A program made the position numbers and the translations under genes. Below, one piece after another: positions 1 to 11,144 of a stretch of DNA of 64,000 nucleotides (its first letter is position 1; each line of letters opens with the position of its first letter). Source of the DNA: an uncultured Pseudomonadota bacterium (GTDB lineage: Bacteria; Pseudomonadota; Gammaproteobacteria; Steroidobacterales; Steroidobacteraceae); the NCBI GenBank assembly GCA_963774045.1, contig CAVZED010000033.1:64379-128378 (forward strand). Direction: 5' to 3'. Under the pieces are notes generated by a model, which did no database searches, was not told the DNA's origin, and was given only the letters and a program-made list of their open reading frames with translations.

Positions 1-1
1 A

Positions 2-1460
2 CTGGCGGTGCAGTCGGAGATCTCGCGCGCGGTGGTCGCGGCGCTCGAGCTGCAGCTCTCGCCGCAGGCGGTGGCGGGAATCGACCGTCCGGCCGCGATG
101 CAGGTGAATGCCTATGACCTCTATCTGCTCGGCCGCCACCAGCACTTGCAGCGCAATCCCGAGAGCCTGGCGCGAGCCATCGCGTATCACAGGCAGGCGA
201 TCGCGGCCGATCCGAAATTCGCGCTGGCTCATGCGGGCCTTGCCGACGCCTACATGGCGAACTACTACTACAGCAATCGACCGCTCTCGGCGACGGCAGG
301 CGCTGGTTCAGCCGGAGATCGACGCGGCGCTGCGACTCGATCCCGAGCTCGCCGAGGCCTACGCCGCGTGGTCGGTCCTGTTGGTGGAGCTCAAGCGCCG
401 GCCGGAGGCGATCGCGGCACTGAAGCGCGCGATCGCGATCAACTCCAACTATGGCGAGGCGTATCTGCGGCTGGGTTTCGCATACGAGAACGACGGACAG
501 CTGCGCGAGGCGCTCGCCGCCTACGACCAGGTGCAGGTGCTGGATCCGCTCAACACGCTGTTGCACGTGCGGCGCTGCCTGTTGCTCACCAACCTCGCGC
601 GTTACGCCGATGCGCAGCGCGCCTGCGATCGCGGTTTCGAGCTGCAGCCGGACCTGCCGAACGCCTTGTGGGCCAACGCGCTGCTGCACCTGGCGCGCGG
701 CGAGCTGGACCAGGCAGTGACGCGCTACCAGGCGGCCCTGCAACGCGCCCCGACGCGCACCGACATCCGCAGCGAGCTGGCGGTCGTCTATCTGGATCTC
801 AACATGACCGATGCCGCCGCGCGCGAAATCGAGGCGGTGCGCAAGGCGTATCCGAGCAGCTACATCGATCTCATCGAGGCGCGACTGTTCTTCGTGCGCG
901 GCGATCTCGCGGGCATGCGCCGCTATGTTTCGAAGATCCAGATCGATCCGTCGTATCTCGCCGAACACGCGGACGCCGGCTGGCTCGCGCTCGCCGCCGG
1001 CGATGAAGCGCTGGCACGCAAGTGGTCGCCGCTCGAGCCCGTCATCGCGGGCGATCTCGAGACGCAGTTTCAGCCCACGATTTACGAAACGCGGTGGTCG
1101 CTGTGCTCGATGTGTGCGCGCGCGACGCTCGAGCAGATGCAGGGCGACGCGGACAATGCGCGGCGTCACGCGCTGCAGATGCGGAAATGGCTGGAGACGC
1201 TCGCGGCCGAAGGCGGCGACTGGCCCGGCATGCATTACCTGCGCGCGCAGCTCGCGGCACAGCTTGGTGAACGGGAAACGGCTTTCACCTCGCTCAGCCA
1301 GGCGGTGGAGCGCGGCTGGCGCCGGGAGTGGATCCTGCGGGCGGAGCCGGCGTTCGCGCCGCTGCGCGACGATCCGCGCTACAAGTCGCTGCTCACGCGC
1401 ATCCGCGGCGACAACGAGCTGGCGCGCGCCAGGCTGAAGCCGGCGACCGCCGGCACGTGA
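2..1460 (+). pseudogene. TPR-repeat protein, 5' end outside the window, one frame change near 290-300
   Basis: The frame is open from the window edge. Frame +2 gives ...AYDLYLLGRHQHLQRNPESLARAIAYHRQAIAADPKFALAHAGLADAY. The sensible sequence then continues in ORF 108..1460 (...PELAEAYAAWSVLL...NSNYGEAYLRLGFAYENDGQLREALAAYDQVQVLDP...), which has typical TPR periodicity. Confidence 0.6.
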
Positions 1461-1505
1461 ATCAGATGGTCTGCGCGAGCACGCGGTCGAGCTCGTCGAC
1501 CAGCG

Positions 1506-2857
1506 CTACGCATTGAATGCGGGCCTGGTCAGATTCTCCGAAGCGCCGGGACGTGCCACCACGTTGTCCTCGATGCGGATGCCGCCGAAGGGTTTCAGCT
1601 GTTCGACGCGTTGCCAATCGATCATGCGGCCGATGGGCTTCAGCTTGGCCTCGTCGAGCAGCTGGTCGATGAGATAGAAACCCGGCTCCACCGTCACCAC
1701 GCAACCGTCCTCGAGCTTGCGCGTGAGACGCAGGAACGGGTGGTTGTATGGCCGCTCGATCGTGCCGCCCGCGGAATCCTTCTGAGTGCCACCGACGTCG
1801 TGCACCTGCAGTCCCAGCAGGTGGCCGATGCCGTGCGGATAGAACACGCAGGTGAGGGCGCTGTCCACGGCCTCGTCGGCGCTGCACCGTGATGACGCCG
1901 GCTTCGTGCAGGAATTCGCTGATCGCGCGATACGACGCCTGGTGGAAATCGCGCCAATCCAGTCCGACGTTCACCTGCGCGCACAACGTGAGCTGCAGCT
2001 CGTCGAAGCGCTTGATCAGCGAGGCGAACTCGGCGTCGTGGTGTGAATGCGTGCGCGTGATGTCGGATGCGTAGCCGCCGAACTCCGCGCCCGCGTCGAT
2101 GAGCAGCGAATGCAGGCGCTGCGGACGCGTGCGCTGCTGGATCTGGTAGTGCAGCACCGCGCCGCCTTCGTTGAGCGCGATGATGGGGTTGTAAGGCAGC
2201 TCGCGCTCGCGGTGACCGCAGGCGGCCATGAAGGCGAGGCCGATTTCGAACTCCGCTGGCGCCGGCGCGGAATGCTTTCTCGGCGGCGATGTGCCCGAGC
2301 GCGCCGAGACGGTTGGCCTCGCGCAGGCACGCGATCTCGTACGGCGTCTTCGCTGGCACGCGCGAAGTCGAGCTGCGCCATCAGGTGTTCGGGGTTGATC
2401 GTGCCGACTCCCCAGGACAAGAGCTCGTTGAACGGCACGCCGATGAACGCGGTACGCGAAAGATCGCGTGGCAGGACGGCACGTGCCGCCTCGCGCGTCG
2501 GGACAGCTCACGACCTCGAAGCCGGACGACCAATACGTGCGTCGGCAGTTCCGGCGACTTGTGCCAGTAATCGACCGGTTGATGCACGAGCAGCTGCGGC
2601 TTCTTGCCGGGCGCGAAGTAGACGAAGGAATCGGGCGCGTCGTTGAGCGGCGCCCAGACCTTGAACGGCGCATGCGCCTTGAAGGGCAGGTGGTGGTCGT
2701 CGAGGAAGATGAGTGGCGGCGTCCCGGAGTGGACCAGCAGGGCGTCGTAGCCCGTTTTTTCCAGGGCATCGGCGCTGCGCTTCTGCACGGTCTCGAGGTG
2801 ACTGGCAAAAAGGGCGGACCAGGAGTCCGGGTTCTGTTTAATCGCTGGGGAATTCAT
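1506..2857 (-). pseudogene. pepQ: Xaa-Pro dipeptidase (M24B prolidase), at least 4 frame changes
   Basis: Minus-strand ORF pieces 2381..2857, 2016..2438, 1694..2359, 1462..2808 and 1506..1868 tile one prolidase. Segments: MNSPAIKQ...LPFKAHAPFKVW; [14 protein letters not shown]; [18 protein letters not shown]...[17 protein letters not shown]; [19 protein letters not shown]...VEPGFY...GGIRIEDNV. Confidence 0.8.
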
Positions 2858-3124
2858 GGAGAGATTCTATGCGGCGCCGTTGCACGCAACTCATTGTTGC
2901 GACGCAACATTCAGACCTTCCCGGCCTCCGACTGCGTTGAATCCACCGGACAACCCGACTCACGATGCATCGTTGGCGAGATCCTGTCGCCAGGTGCGGA
3001 CAAAAAATTGCACTTGTTTCAAATGATTTGGCGAACCGATAAAATCCCGCGCCGCGATGCGAATCGCGCAACAAACGTTTGTTTGGTCTCTCTTACCACT
3101 AGAAATTTTTTGGGGTACCCCTAC

Positions 3125-3391
3125 ATGAAATTGAACGTTGCTCTTGCCGCTTCCATCGCGGCCCTTGCTCTGATGACCGCCTGCAGCAAGCAGGAAGCCG
3201 CTGCTCCGGAAGCCGCCCCGGCCGCTGACGCTGCCGCTGCTGCCACGGATGCCGCTGCTGCCGCCACGGATGCTGCTGCGACCGCCACGGACGCCGCTGC
3301 GACCGCGACGGATGCCGCTGCTACCGCCACGGACGCTGCCGCTCCGGCTGCCGACCCGGCTGCCGCCCCGGCGGAAGCCCCGAAGCAGTAA
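3125..3391 (+). CDS. small Ala/Thr/Asp-rich lipoprotein with tandem ATDAAA repeats
   Basis: ATG at 3125. Signal peptide plus lipobox (MKLNVALAASIAALALMTAC). It is followed by five 18-bp coding repeats and a hairpin terminator. Confidence 0.6.
   Translation: MKLNVALAASIAALALMTACSKQEAAAPEAAPAADAAAAATDAAAAATDAAATATDAAATATDAAATATDAAAPAADPAAAPAEAPKQ
3221..3343 (+). repeat. in-frame 18-bp tandem repeat (about 5-6 units, encodes A-[AT]-A-T-D-A)
   Basis: Direct reading: gccacggatgccgctgct / gccgccacggatgctgctgcg / accgccacggacgccgctgcg / accgcgacggatgccgctgct / accgccacggacgctgcc. Confidence 0.8.
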
Positions 3392-3433
3392 TCGATCTCG
3401 ATTATTGTTTCGAGCCAGCAGGCTCAAATGACG

Positions 3434-3475
3434 GCCCGGGCAGAACGCGAAAACGTCTGCCCGGGCTTTGTCTTT
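3434..3475 (+). terminator. rho-independent terminator candidate
   Basis: Stem gcccgggcaga (3434-3444) pairs with tctgcccgggc (3456-3466), followed by tttgtctttt. Confidence 0.5.
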
Positions 3476-3504
3476 TCTGAGGGCAGGGATCCCGGAGGGG
3501 AAGC

Positions 3505-4036
3505 GTGACCGTCAGTGTTCGTGATGCACGCGGCAACAGCCGCGATCGCGAGTGGATCGAAAGCGTCTACCGCGACTATCTCGACGATCTCTCGCCGCTC
3601 AACACCGGCGTGTTCAGCACGACGTCGCTCGGCGAAATCGGCTACAGCCCGAATCGGACCAGCTGGCGCGCTGGTTCGGCGATTCGTCGGTGAATCCCCT
3701 GGTCATCGTGCGCGGAACCGACACCGTGGGTTTCGCGATGGTCGCGCGCGGCAGCGCCGCGCCGGGCCGGCCGCCCGTCGATTACCGCATGGCCGAATTC
3801 TTCGTCACGCGCACGTACCGCCGCCGCGGCGTCGGGCGCTCCGCGGTCGAGCTCATCCTCAATCGTTTCGCCGGGCGCTGGGAGATCACGGAGTACCTGC
3901 GCAATCCGGTCGCCGTGTCGTTCTGGCGCCGCGTGGTCGCGTGGTACACGCAGGGCCGCTACCAGGAACGCGTCACCAACGGCGAAGTGCGCCAGGTGTT
4001 CGACTCCGGCACACAGCGCGCCGCGACCAGCAAGTG

Positions 4037-4037
<1 letters not shown>
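3505..4037 (+). pseudogene. GNAT family N-acetyltransferase, one frame change near 3650
   Basis: ORF 3505..3693 (MTVSVRDARGNSRDREWIESVYRDYLDDLSPLN...) continues in ORF 3552..4037. That piece has the acetyl-CoA motif FFVTRTYRRRGVGRSAVELIL. Confidence 0.6.
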
Positions 4038-5776
<1,739 letters not shown>

Positions 5777-6046
5777 GCCTTTCCCCGAGCCCAGCCGCAA
5801 CGCGGAACCGCCTGCCGTTCCCGGGTTACTCACTCCCGTTGGCGTCGGTGGTTCAGACCGCGCGGGCCTTGTTTACCGATTGCGAGCGCCCGGGCACATT
5901 CACTAGGGGGGTTCTGCACCACCGGCGCCAACCTGTCGCCTGGTGGCGCCGTCGGACGCCGCCGACGCCGGGTCAACTTGCGCGCCTGCCTGTCCGTTTC
6001 TTTCTTTCTGCGAGCCTTGAGACGTCGTCAAAGAGGGGTATTACGG

Positions 6047-6508
6047 ATGGCACAACTTCAACCGGAGCTGCGGGCCGCCTTCGACCGACTCTCGCCGGGA
6101 CTCCTGAAATTTGCCGAGCGGCATTCCCTGTCCATCGAACGCTACAGACGCGGCTTTCCCGTTTGGGAATTTTCCTGCCGGCACCCGCGCGGTGGTGCGG
6201 CGTCCGTTCAACTGGGGCTTGCGAAAGCGCGCGATTCCGGCTCGGTCGGCGCCACGGTGCAGCCGCACTGGTGGGTCGACATGCACGATGAACGCCGCCG
6301 CGTGGGCGCGACCTTTCAGGCCTTGCGACTCGTGTCTCTCGACGAGGTCGAGATCCGCGAAGCGCTCGAACACGAGCTCGCGAAGGTACTGGCCAGCGAC
6401 GAGTCGGCGTTGACGCGCGAATCGCGTCTCGCCGATCCGGCACTGACGGCATTGCGGGGCCGCGAATACGGGCCGCCGGAAATCGGCAAACTGTCCTTGC
6501 CCACCTGA
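6047..6508 (+). CDS. hypothetical protein
   Basis: ATG at 6047 is preceded by GAGGGG at about -8. I recognise no domain. Confidence 0.4.
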   Translation: MAQLQPELRAAFDRLSPGLLKFAERHSLSIERYRRGFPVWEFSCRHPRGGAASVQLGLAKARDSGSVGATVQPHWWVDMHDERRRVGATFQALRLVSLDEVEIREALEHELAKVLASDESALTRESRLADPALTALRGREYGPPEIGKLSLPT

Positions 6509-6523
6509 GGCGGCCGTCGCCGC

Positions 6524-8473
6524 CTACTGGATGGCGGGGATTCCCAGGTAGATGGAATCTTCGGGCGTGCCGAATTCCGACGCCCTGGGTTTGCGCGAGG
6601 TCGCCGCGAGTCGTCCCGAGTGCAGGTCGTCGAGCCGGGCATGCGTTGCCTTCGCAGCCGCGACCAGCTCGGGGTAGGGACGATCGGTGACGTCGATCCA
6701 GCCGATGTTGTAGTTCTCACCGTCGCGGCGGCCGGTCGCGGGCTGGTCTATCCACTGATACCAGTGTGTACCCACGATCGCGGGGTGTTCGGCCGCGTGT
6801 TCCACGTAGTAGGAATACGCAACGCCGCGCTCCGACTGGTTCATGGCCTGCACGAGGCCGGGCGCGAGGCCGCGCTCCGGTACGCCGAAGTGGAACTCGC
6901 CGATGAGGATCGGCAGTTTCTGGATGGCGTACACCCGGTCGATGAATTCCTTCGGCGGCGCCCAGCGATACTTGTTCATGCTGTAGACGTCGAAGCCGCG
7001 CGCCAGCGCGATCACGTCGTCGGGCGGCGTGCCGCCGAACCGGATGCCGAGGTTGAGGTGGTTCGGATCGTGGCGCCGGACCGCGGCATTCACGATCTCG
7101 AGATACCGCGAGAACGCCTCGTGCACCAGCATCTTGCGCGCGCCCGGCGTGTCACCCTTCGCGAGGCCGGATCTGAAGCGCTGCTTCAATGCGCTGTCGG
7201 GTCCGGCGAGCACGAGGTCGACCAGCTGTCCCTCGCGCGCGGGCCACGGCGGCTCGTTGCCGATGAAGTAGCCGATCATCCACGGGTCGTCGCGGTGTGG
7301 CGCGAGCTGCCGCGCGGCCTCCGCGTCGACGCGCCGCGCGAACTCGGGCGAGTAGACGTCCGGCATGCCCATGATGGCGCCGGCGACGCGCTGCCAGCCG
7401 GCGAGTGGATAGACGTAGGGCTGCTTCGTCGGCGAACCGGCGAGAGTCGCGTTGAGCTCGGGTCCGTACGCGGTGTTCAGCCCCCAGGCGCGCATGCGGC
7501 GATAGGTGAGCTGCGCTGCGCCGGTGCGCCACTCGCGGCCGAAACGTTTCTGCTCGTTGGCGACGTAGTGCGACACCGGGTCGCGCAGCGGGTCGGGCTC
7601 CGCGCCCGCCGCCGGAAACTGCGCCGCCGTCGGAATACTCGCGAACAACTTGTCGCGCTCCACGATCCGGGTGCGCGGCGGATCGATTCCCGCACCGTTG
7701 ACGCCCGTGGACCAGAACCGGCAGCCCTCCGGATCGATGAACCACCAGCGGTCGCCGATCTTCTCGACGCGGAAGAACCCCGTGGCCCTGCGCTTGCCGC
7801 CCGCGAACCCGCCGAAGCGGCACGGCCGCACCACGGCCTTCGGCACGAGCATGCGTTCTTCCTGGCCCCAGTCGCGTTTCAGCTGCTCGACTGAGCGCGC
7901 CTTGCCGGGCCAGTCGGCGTGGACGTACTGCCCGAATTCGTCGATGACGGGTGCGCCTCCATCGAGGACCGCATCTCCCGGATCGGTCTTCGCCAGGCTC
8001 ACGCTGCGTATCTCGACGCTGGCCGCGTGCGCGGGATAACGCATCGTCACGCTCATCGCCCGCACGTGTTGCACGGGCGCGTGCCCGCCGGCCTCGATGT
8101 TGATCCAGTAGCTGTTGCGCGGCTGGTTCACCGTCGACGCCAGTTCGTCCGCATCGCCGAGGCCCTCCCGATAGAAACGCAGCGGGATCGATGCGCGCAC
8201 CCAGACGTTGGCGAAGGGATGAATGCGCTTGGAGACATTGCCCTCGTCGCTCACGAGCCCGAGCTCGAAGCGCTGACTGGTGGAGCAGCGGAACTCGACG
8301 ACCAGGAATCGAGCCTCGGACCAGTCCGTGGGCAGCTGGACGTCGAGGTCCGCGAGGGCCCACTGGATGGTCGAGACGTCACGGGTGAACACCGCCTTTT
8401 GCGGCGCCGCATGCGCACTAACAACCTGCAATGCGAGCGCCAGCACGAGCGCGCCCGTCGATCCGATTCGCAT
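6524..8473 (-). CDS. secreted glycoside hydrolase-like protein (N-terminal beta-sandwich-like region plus clan GH-A type TIM barrel), family unassigned
   Basis: Intact 649-aa ORF with a signal peptide (MRIGSTGALVLALALQVVSAHAAP). YFIGNEPPWP resembles the clan GH-A acid/base NEP motif, and LPILIGEFHFG is a plausible nucleophile strand. Confidence 0.55.
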   Translation of the reverse strand: MRIGSTGALVLALALQVVSAHAAPQKAVFTRDVSTIQWALADLDVQLPTDWSEARFLVVEFRCSTSQRFELGLVSDEGNVSKRIHPFANVWVRASIPLRFYREGLGDADELASTVNQPRNSYWINIEAGGHAPVQHVRAMSVTMRYPAHAASVEIRSVSLAKTDPGDAVLDGGAPVIDEFGQYVHADWPGKARSVEQLKRDWGQEERMLVPKAVVRPCRFGGFAGGKRRATGFFRVEKIGDRWWFIDPEGCRFWSTGVNGAGIDPPRTRIVERDKLFASIPTAAQFPAAGAEPDPLRDPVSHYVANEQKRFGREWRTGAAQLTYRRMRAWGLNTAYGPELNATLAGSPTKQPYVYPLAGWQRVAGAIMGMPDVYSPEFARRVDAEAARQLAPHRDDPWMIGYFIGNEPPWPAREGQLVDLVLAGPDSALKQRFRSGLAKGDTPGARKMLVHEAFSRYLEIVNAAVRRHDPNHLNLGIRFGGTPPDDVIALARGFDVYSMNKYRWAPPKEFIDRVYAIQKLPILIGEFHFGVPERGLAPGLVQAMNQSERGVAYSYYVEHAAEHPAIVGTHWYQWIDQPATGRRDGENYNIGWIDVTDRPYPELVAAAKATHARLDDLHSGRLAATSRKPRASEFGTPEDSIYLGIPAIQ

Positions 8474-9247
8474 GTTTCCCCCGTCGTTGCCGCGAGTTTA
8501 TTCGCTAACCGGTTGCAGCGCGTCAGAAGTTTCCTACGAGCGGCGCGGGCACCACAGCCGCCGCGGCGGGGTCCTAACAGGCGCAGCGCCGACGTTCGCA
8601 CCACGAAATGCGTTTCTGCACGGGTTCTCGCGTTCGTGCAACGCGTTTTCGCGCGCGCGCCGAAAACCCGAATCACGTGTGCGCGTGCAGCGACCGCAGT
8701 CTGCTTTGACCGCACGGAGACAAAGCAACGCGCGAATTTTCTCCGCGTGTTTGCACCGGCGTGGAGCGTGCGATTCACACGCGGGAACGGGCGTTGCCGC
8801 GCGCACCCGTCTAACTGTTCGAACCCGCCGGCGCCACGAAACCCCGGGAAAAACCCTGCGAGCGCGCAGGGGCGACAAACAGGCGGTGGCCGCGCGCCAC
8901 AACCGTGTGGACACCGGTGTCAGCAAGTGGTCATTGATTTGCCACATGCTCCGAAACATGTGGCATTTGATGCCGGGAATAGCCTTGTCTACCGGTGACA
9001 TAAAATGAGCCATTCGTGGGACAAACAATCGTGTGGTGGGACATGTCTTCGGACAACGAAAAAGTTTGACAAGCGATTTTTCCCGGGCTTACCGTCCGGC
9101 GCCGTCGACACCTGCGCCATGCGCGGGTGGAACGAGGGGGACGAGTTGAGACCCGCAGGAACGCGGACCGCAATTTGTCAAATCGCGCAATTGCGCGGGC
9201 GACCACGTCCGCGCACAGGGATGAAAACTCAAGCATATGGAGGCGTG

Positions 9248-10219
9248 ATGGCTATGTTTCGCAAAGCTCTAATGGGCGCGGCGTTGCTTGCGGTCGGGGC
9301 GACAGCCTACGGCGCAACCGATTACCCGTCCGGATACACCAAATGTGCGAAGGAAGGGGAGACGTGCTCGTTCAGCGGTACCCGTTCGGTTGCCTACGGC
9401 AAGTCTGGAACGTTCGTGTACGCAACGTTGACGGGTCCGATCACCTGCCAGGCTTCGCTTTTCCCTTCCATCAGTGTCCCCAACCCGCGGTACTGCTCGT
9501 ACTCGAACTCGGGCTCTTCCAGCTCGAGCTCCAGCTCGACCAGCTCCAGCAGCAGCTCGTCATCGAGCTCCAGCTCGAGTTCGTCGAGCAGCAGCGGCGG
9601 TGGCGGCATCACCGGTGCCACGTGCACCTCGACGGGCAGCGTGTCGATCTCGGCCACGGTACGCGTGACCAGTGGCACCTACGACGGCGGCTGCAAGACC
9701 TACAATCCGAGCGGGGATCTGGGCGATGGCAGCCAGGAGGAGGGCCAGGACCCGGCCTTCCGCGTGGAGAACGGCGCGACGCTGCGCAATGCAATCCTCG
9801 GCAACAACGGTGTCGACGGCGTGCATTTCTACAATGGCGGCAACCTGCAGAACTTCCGCTGGACCAACGTCGGTGAGGACGCGTTCACGATCAAGTCCTC
9901 GGGCACCGTCAACGTGTCCGGCGTCACCGGGGTGAACAGCGAGGACAAGTTCGCTCAGGTCAACGCCGCATCGACGCTCAACGTGTCGAATTGCATCGTC
10001 GACAACGCGGGCAAATTCCTGCGCCAGAACGGCGGTACGACGTTCAAGATCACCGTCAATGTCGATCGTTGCCAGATCTCCAACATGGGAGAGGGAATCT
10101 TCCGCACGGACAGCTCGAGCAGCGTGGCACGGCTGACCAACAGCCGTCTGCGCAATTCCGGGACGATGTGCATCGGCTCGTGGGCGAGCTGCACGGGATC
10201 GGGTAACACAAACTACTGA
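9248..10219 (+). CDS. pectate lyase (PL3-like) with Cys-containing N-terminal module and poly-Ser linker
   Basis: Signal peptide MAMFRKALMGAALLAVGATAYG, a 65-aa 4-Cys module and a linker of about 30 Ser. The catalytic region (DGGCKTYNPSGDLGDGSQEEGQDPAFRVENGATLRNAILG...DGVHF...NVGEDAFTIKS) is typical of the Pectate_lyase (PF03211) family. GGAGG lies upstream. Alternative starts are at 9221 and 9254. Confidence 0.8.
   Translation: MAMFRKALMGAALLAVGATAYGATDYPSGYTKCAKEGETCSFSGTRSVAYGKSGTFVYATLTGPITCQASLFPSISVPNPRYCSYSNSGSSSSSSSSTSSSSSSSSSSSSSSSSSSGGGGITGATCTSTGSVSISATVRVTSGTYDGGCKTYNPSGDLGDGSQEEGQDPAFRVENGATLRNAILGNNGVDGVHFYNGGNLQNFRWTNVGEDAFTIKSSGTVNVSGVTGVNSEDKFAQVNAASTLNVSNCIVDNAGKFLRQNGGTTFKITVNVDRCQISNMGEGIFRTDSSSSVARLTNSRLRNSGTMCIGSWASCTGSGNTNY
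9515..9594 (+). repeat. low-complexity AGC/TCG tract encoding the poly-Ser linker
   Basis: Direct reading of the sequence. It is in frame within the pectate lyase gene. Confidence 0.8.
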
Positions 10220-10246
10220 TCGGGCCACGCCCTGATCGGGAGGACT

Positions 10247-10277
10247 GGCTGGGGGTATGGACACCCCCAGCCTTTTT
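10247..10277 (+). terminator. rho-independent terminator candidate after the pectate lyase gene
   Basis: ggctggggg (10247-10255) pairs with cccccagcc (10264-10272), followed by ttttt. Confidence 0.55.
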
Positions 10278-10288
10278 CACGGAGAGCC

Positions 10289-11128
10289 ATGACGCGCACT
10301 GGCGTTCATCGGGTTTCGCTCTTCATCGCCGGGGCGGCGACGTTCGCCGCGACGGCCTGGTGGGCCGCGCGCGACGCCACGCTGGCGGCCGCCCCACACG
10401 TGCAACCGGCGGTCGCCGCGGCGCCGGACTACCACCCGGCCGCGTTCGACTACGCGGTCCGGGACTCGTCCACTACTCCCGGCGGAGCGGCAATCGGCGC
10501 CGCCGACCCGGCCGAGGCCGGCTTTGCCGGGTACGTGTCCGGCAAATACGCCGTGTTGTTCCAGGAGCCCACGCTTTCCGCGCGCGATGAGGCGCGTTTG
10601 CTCGAGGCGCTGCTGGTTCGCGAACGACTGGCGGTCGCGATCAATACCGCCCGGCAGGGGAAGGACGAGGCGGCGAAGGCGGCAGTTCCGGAGCAGGTCG
10701 CGGCCCTGGCCGTGCACGACTTCGAGCTGACGGCGCTGATCCGTCCCGAGAAATTGGCGGCCTTCGAGGTGCTGCGCGATTCGGACATGGAACAGTTCCA
10801 GCTCGATGATTTCGCGGGCGGTATCCGCGACGTCGCTCCGCTGAGCGAGCCGGATCGCCGGACGATCCTCTACACCAAGCTCGTGCACCGGCAGCGATTC
10901 CGGCGCGTGCTCGATGAATCACGATTGATGCGCGGCGAGCTCGGTGCGGAAGAGCGCAGGTACGCGTTCGACGCCGTGAGCCGGGCGCTGGGCGATGCGA
11001 AGCGGGATTTCCTCGCCGAAGCGCGCCAGTACCTCCACGACGACCGGCAATACGCGCTGCTCAGCAACTACGAGGACAGCGAATACGCGGCCGAGCTCGA
11101 GAAGCTGCGCGACATCGCCGATCGTTGA
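10289..11128 (+). CDS. hypothetical membrane-anchored protein
   Basis: GGAGAG precedes the ATG. There is one N-terminal hydrophobic helix (VSLFIAGAATFAATAWW) followed by a charged, helical-looking C-terminal part. I recognise no domain. Confidence 0.5.
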   Translation: MTRTGVHRVSLFIAGAATFAATAWWAARDATLAAAPHVQPAVAAAPDYHPAAFDYAVRDSSTTPGGAAIGAADPAEAGFAGYVSGKYAVLFQEPTLSARDEARLLEALLVRERLAVAINTARQGKDEAAKAAVPEQVAALAVHDFELTALIRPEKLAAFEVLRDSDMEQFQLDDFAGGIRDVAPLSEPDRRTILYTKLVHRQRFRRVLDESRLMRGELGAEERRYAFDAVSRALGDAKRDFLAEARQYLHDDRQYALLSNYEDSEYAAELEKLRDIADR

Positions 11129-11144
11129 TCAGAAAAGCGGTGAG

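Noticed and set aside
3221-3343. Regularly spaced 18-bp repeats, which could be mistaken for a mini CRISPR array.
   Set aside because: The units are contiguous with no spacers, are in frame, and encode a repeat peptide inside a lipoprotein ORF. No cas genes are present.
8251-9028. ORFs 8280..9008 (+), 8534..9028 (-) and 8251..8778 (-) in the long intergenic region.
   Set aside because: They are Arg/Cys/Ala-rich low-complexity translations that overlap each other. They have no ribosome-binding sites and no domain resemblance. I treat the region as non-coding.
9221-9233. A third occurrence of ATGAAAACTCAAG, the start of the conserved block's MKTQ leader, just upstream of the pectate lyase.
   Set aside because: Only 13 nt match and the flanks are unrelated. 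Matches of that length are expected by chance in a 64-kb window read on two strands.
10277-10888. A 203-aa minus-strand ORF overlapping the hypothetical gene 10289..11128.
   Set aside because: It is an Arg-rich antisense translation. The plus-strand ORF has a GGAGAG ribosome-binding site, a TM anchor and a more protein-like composition.
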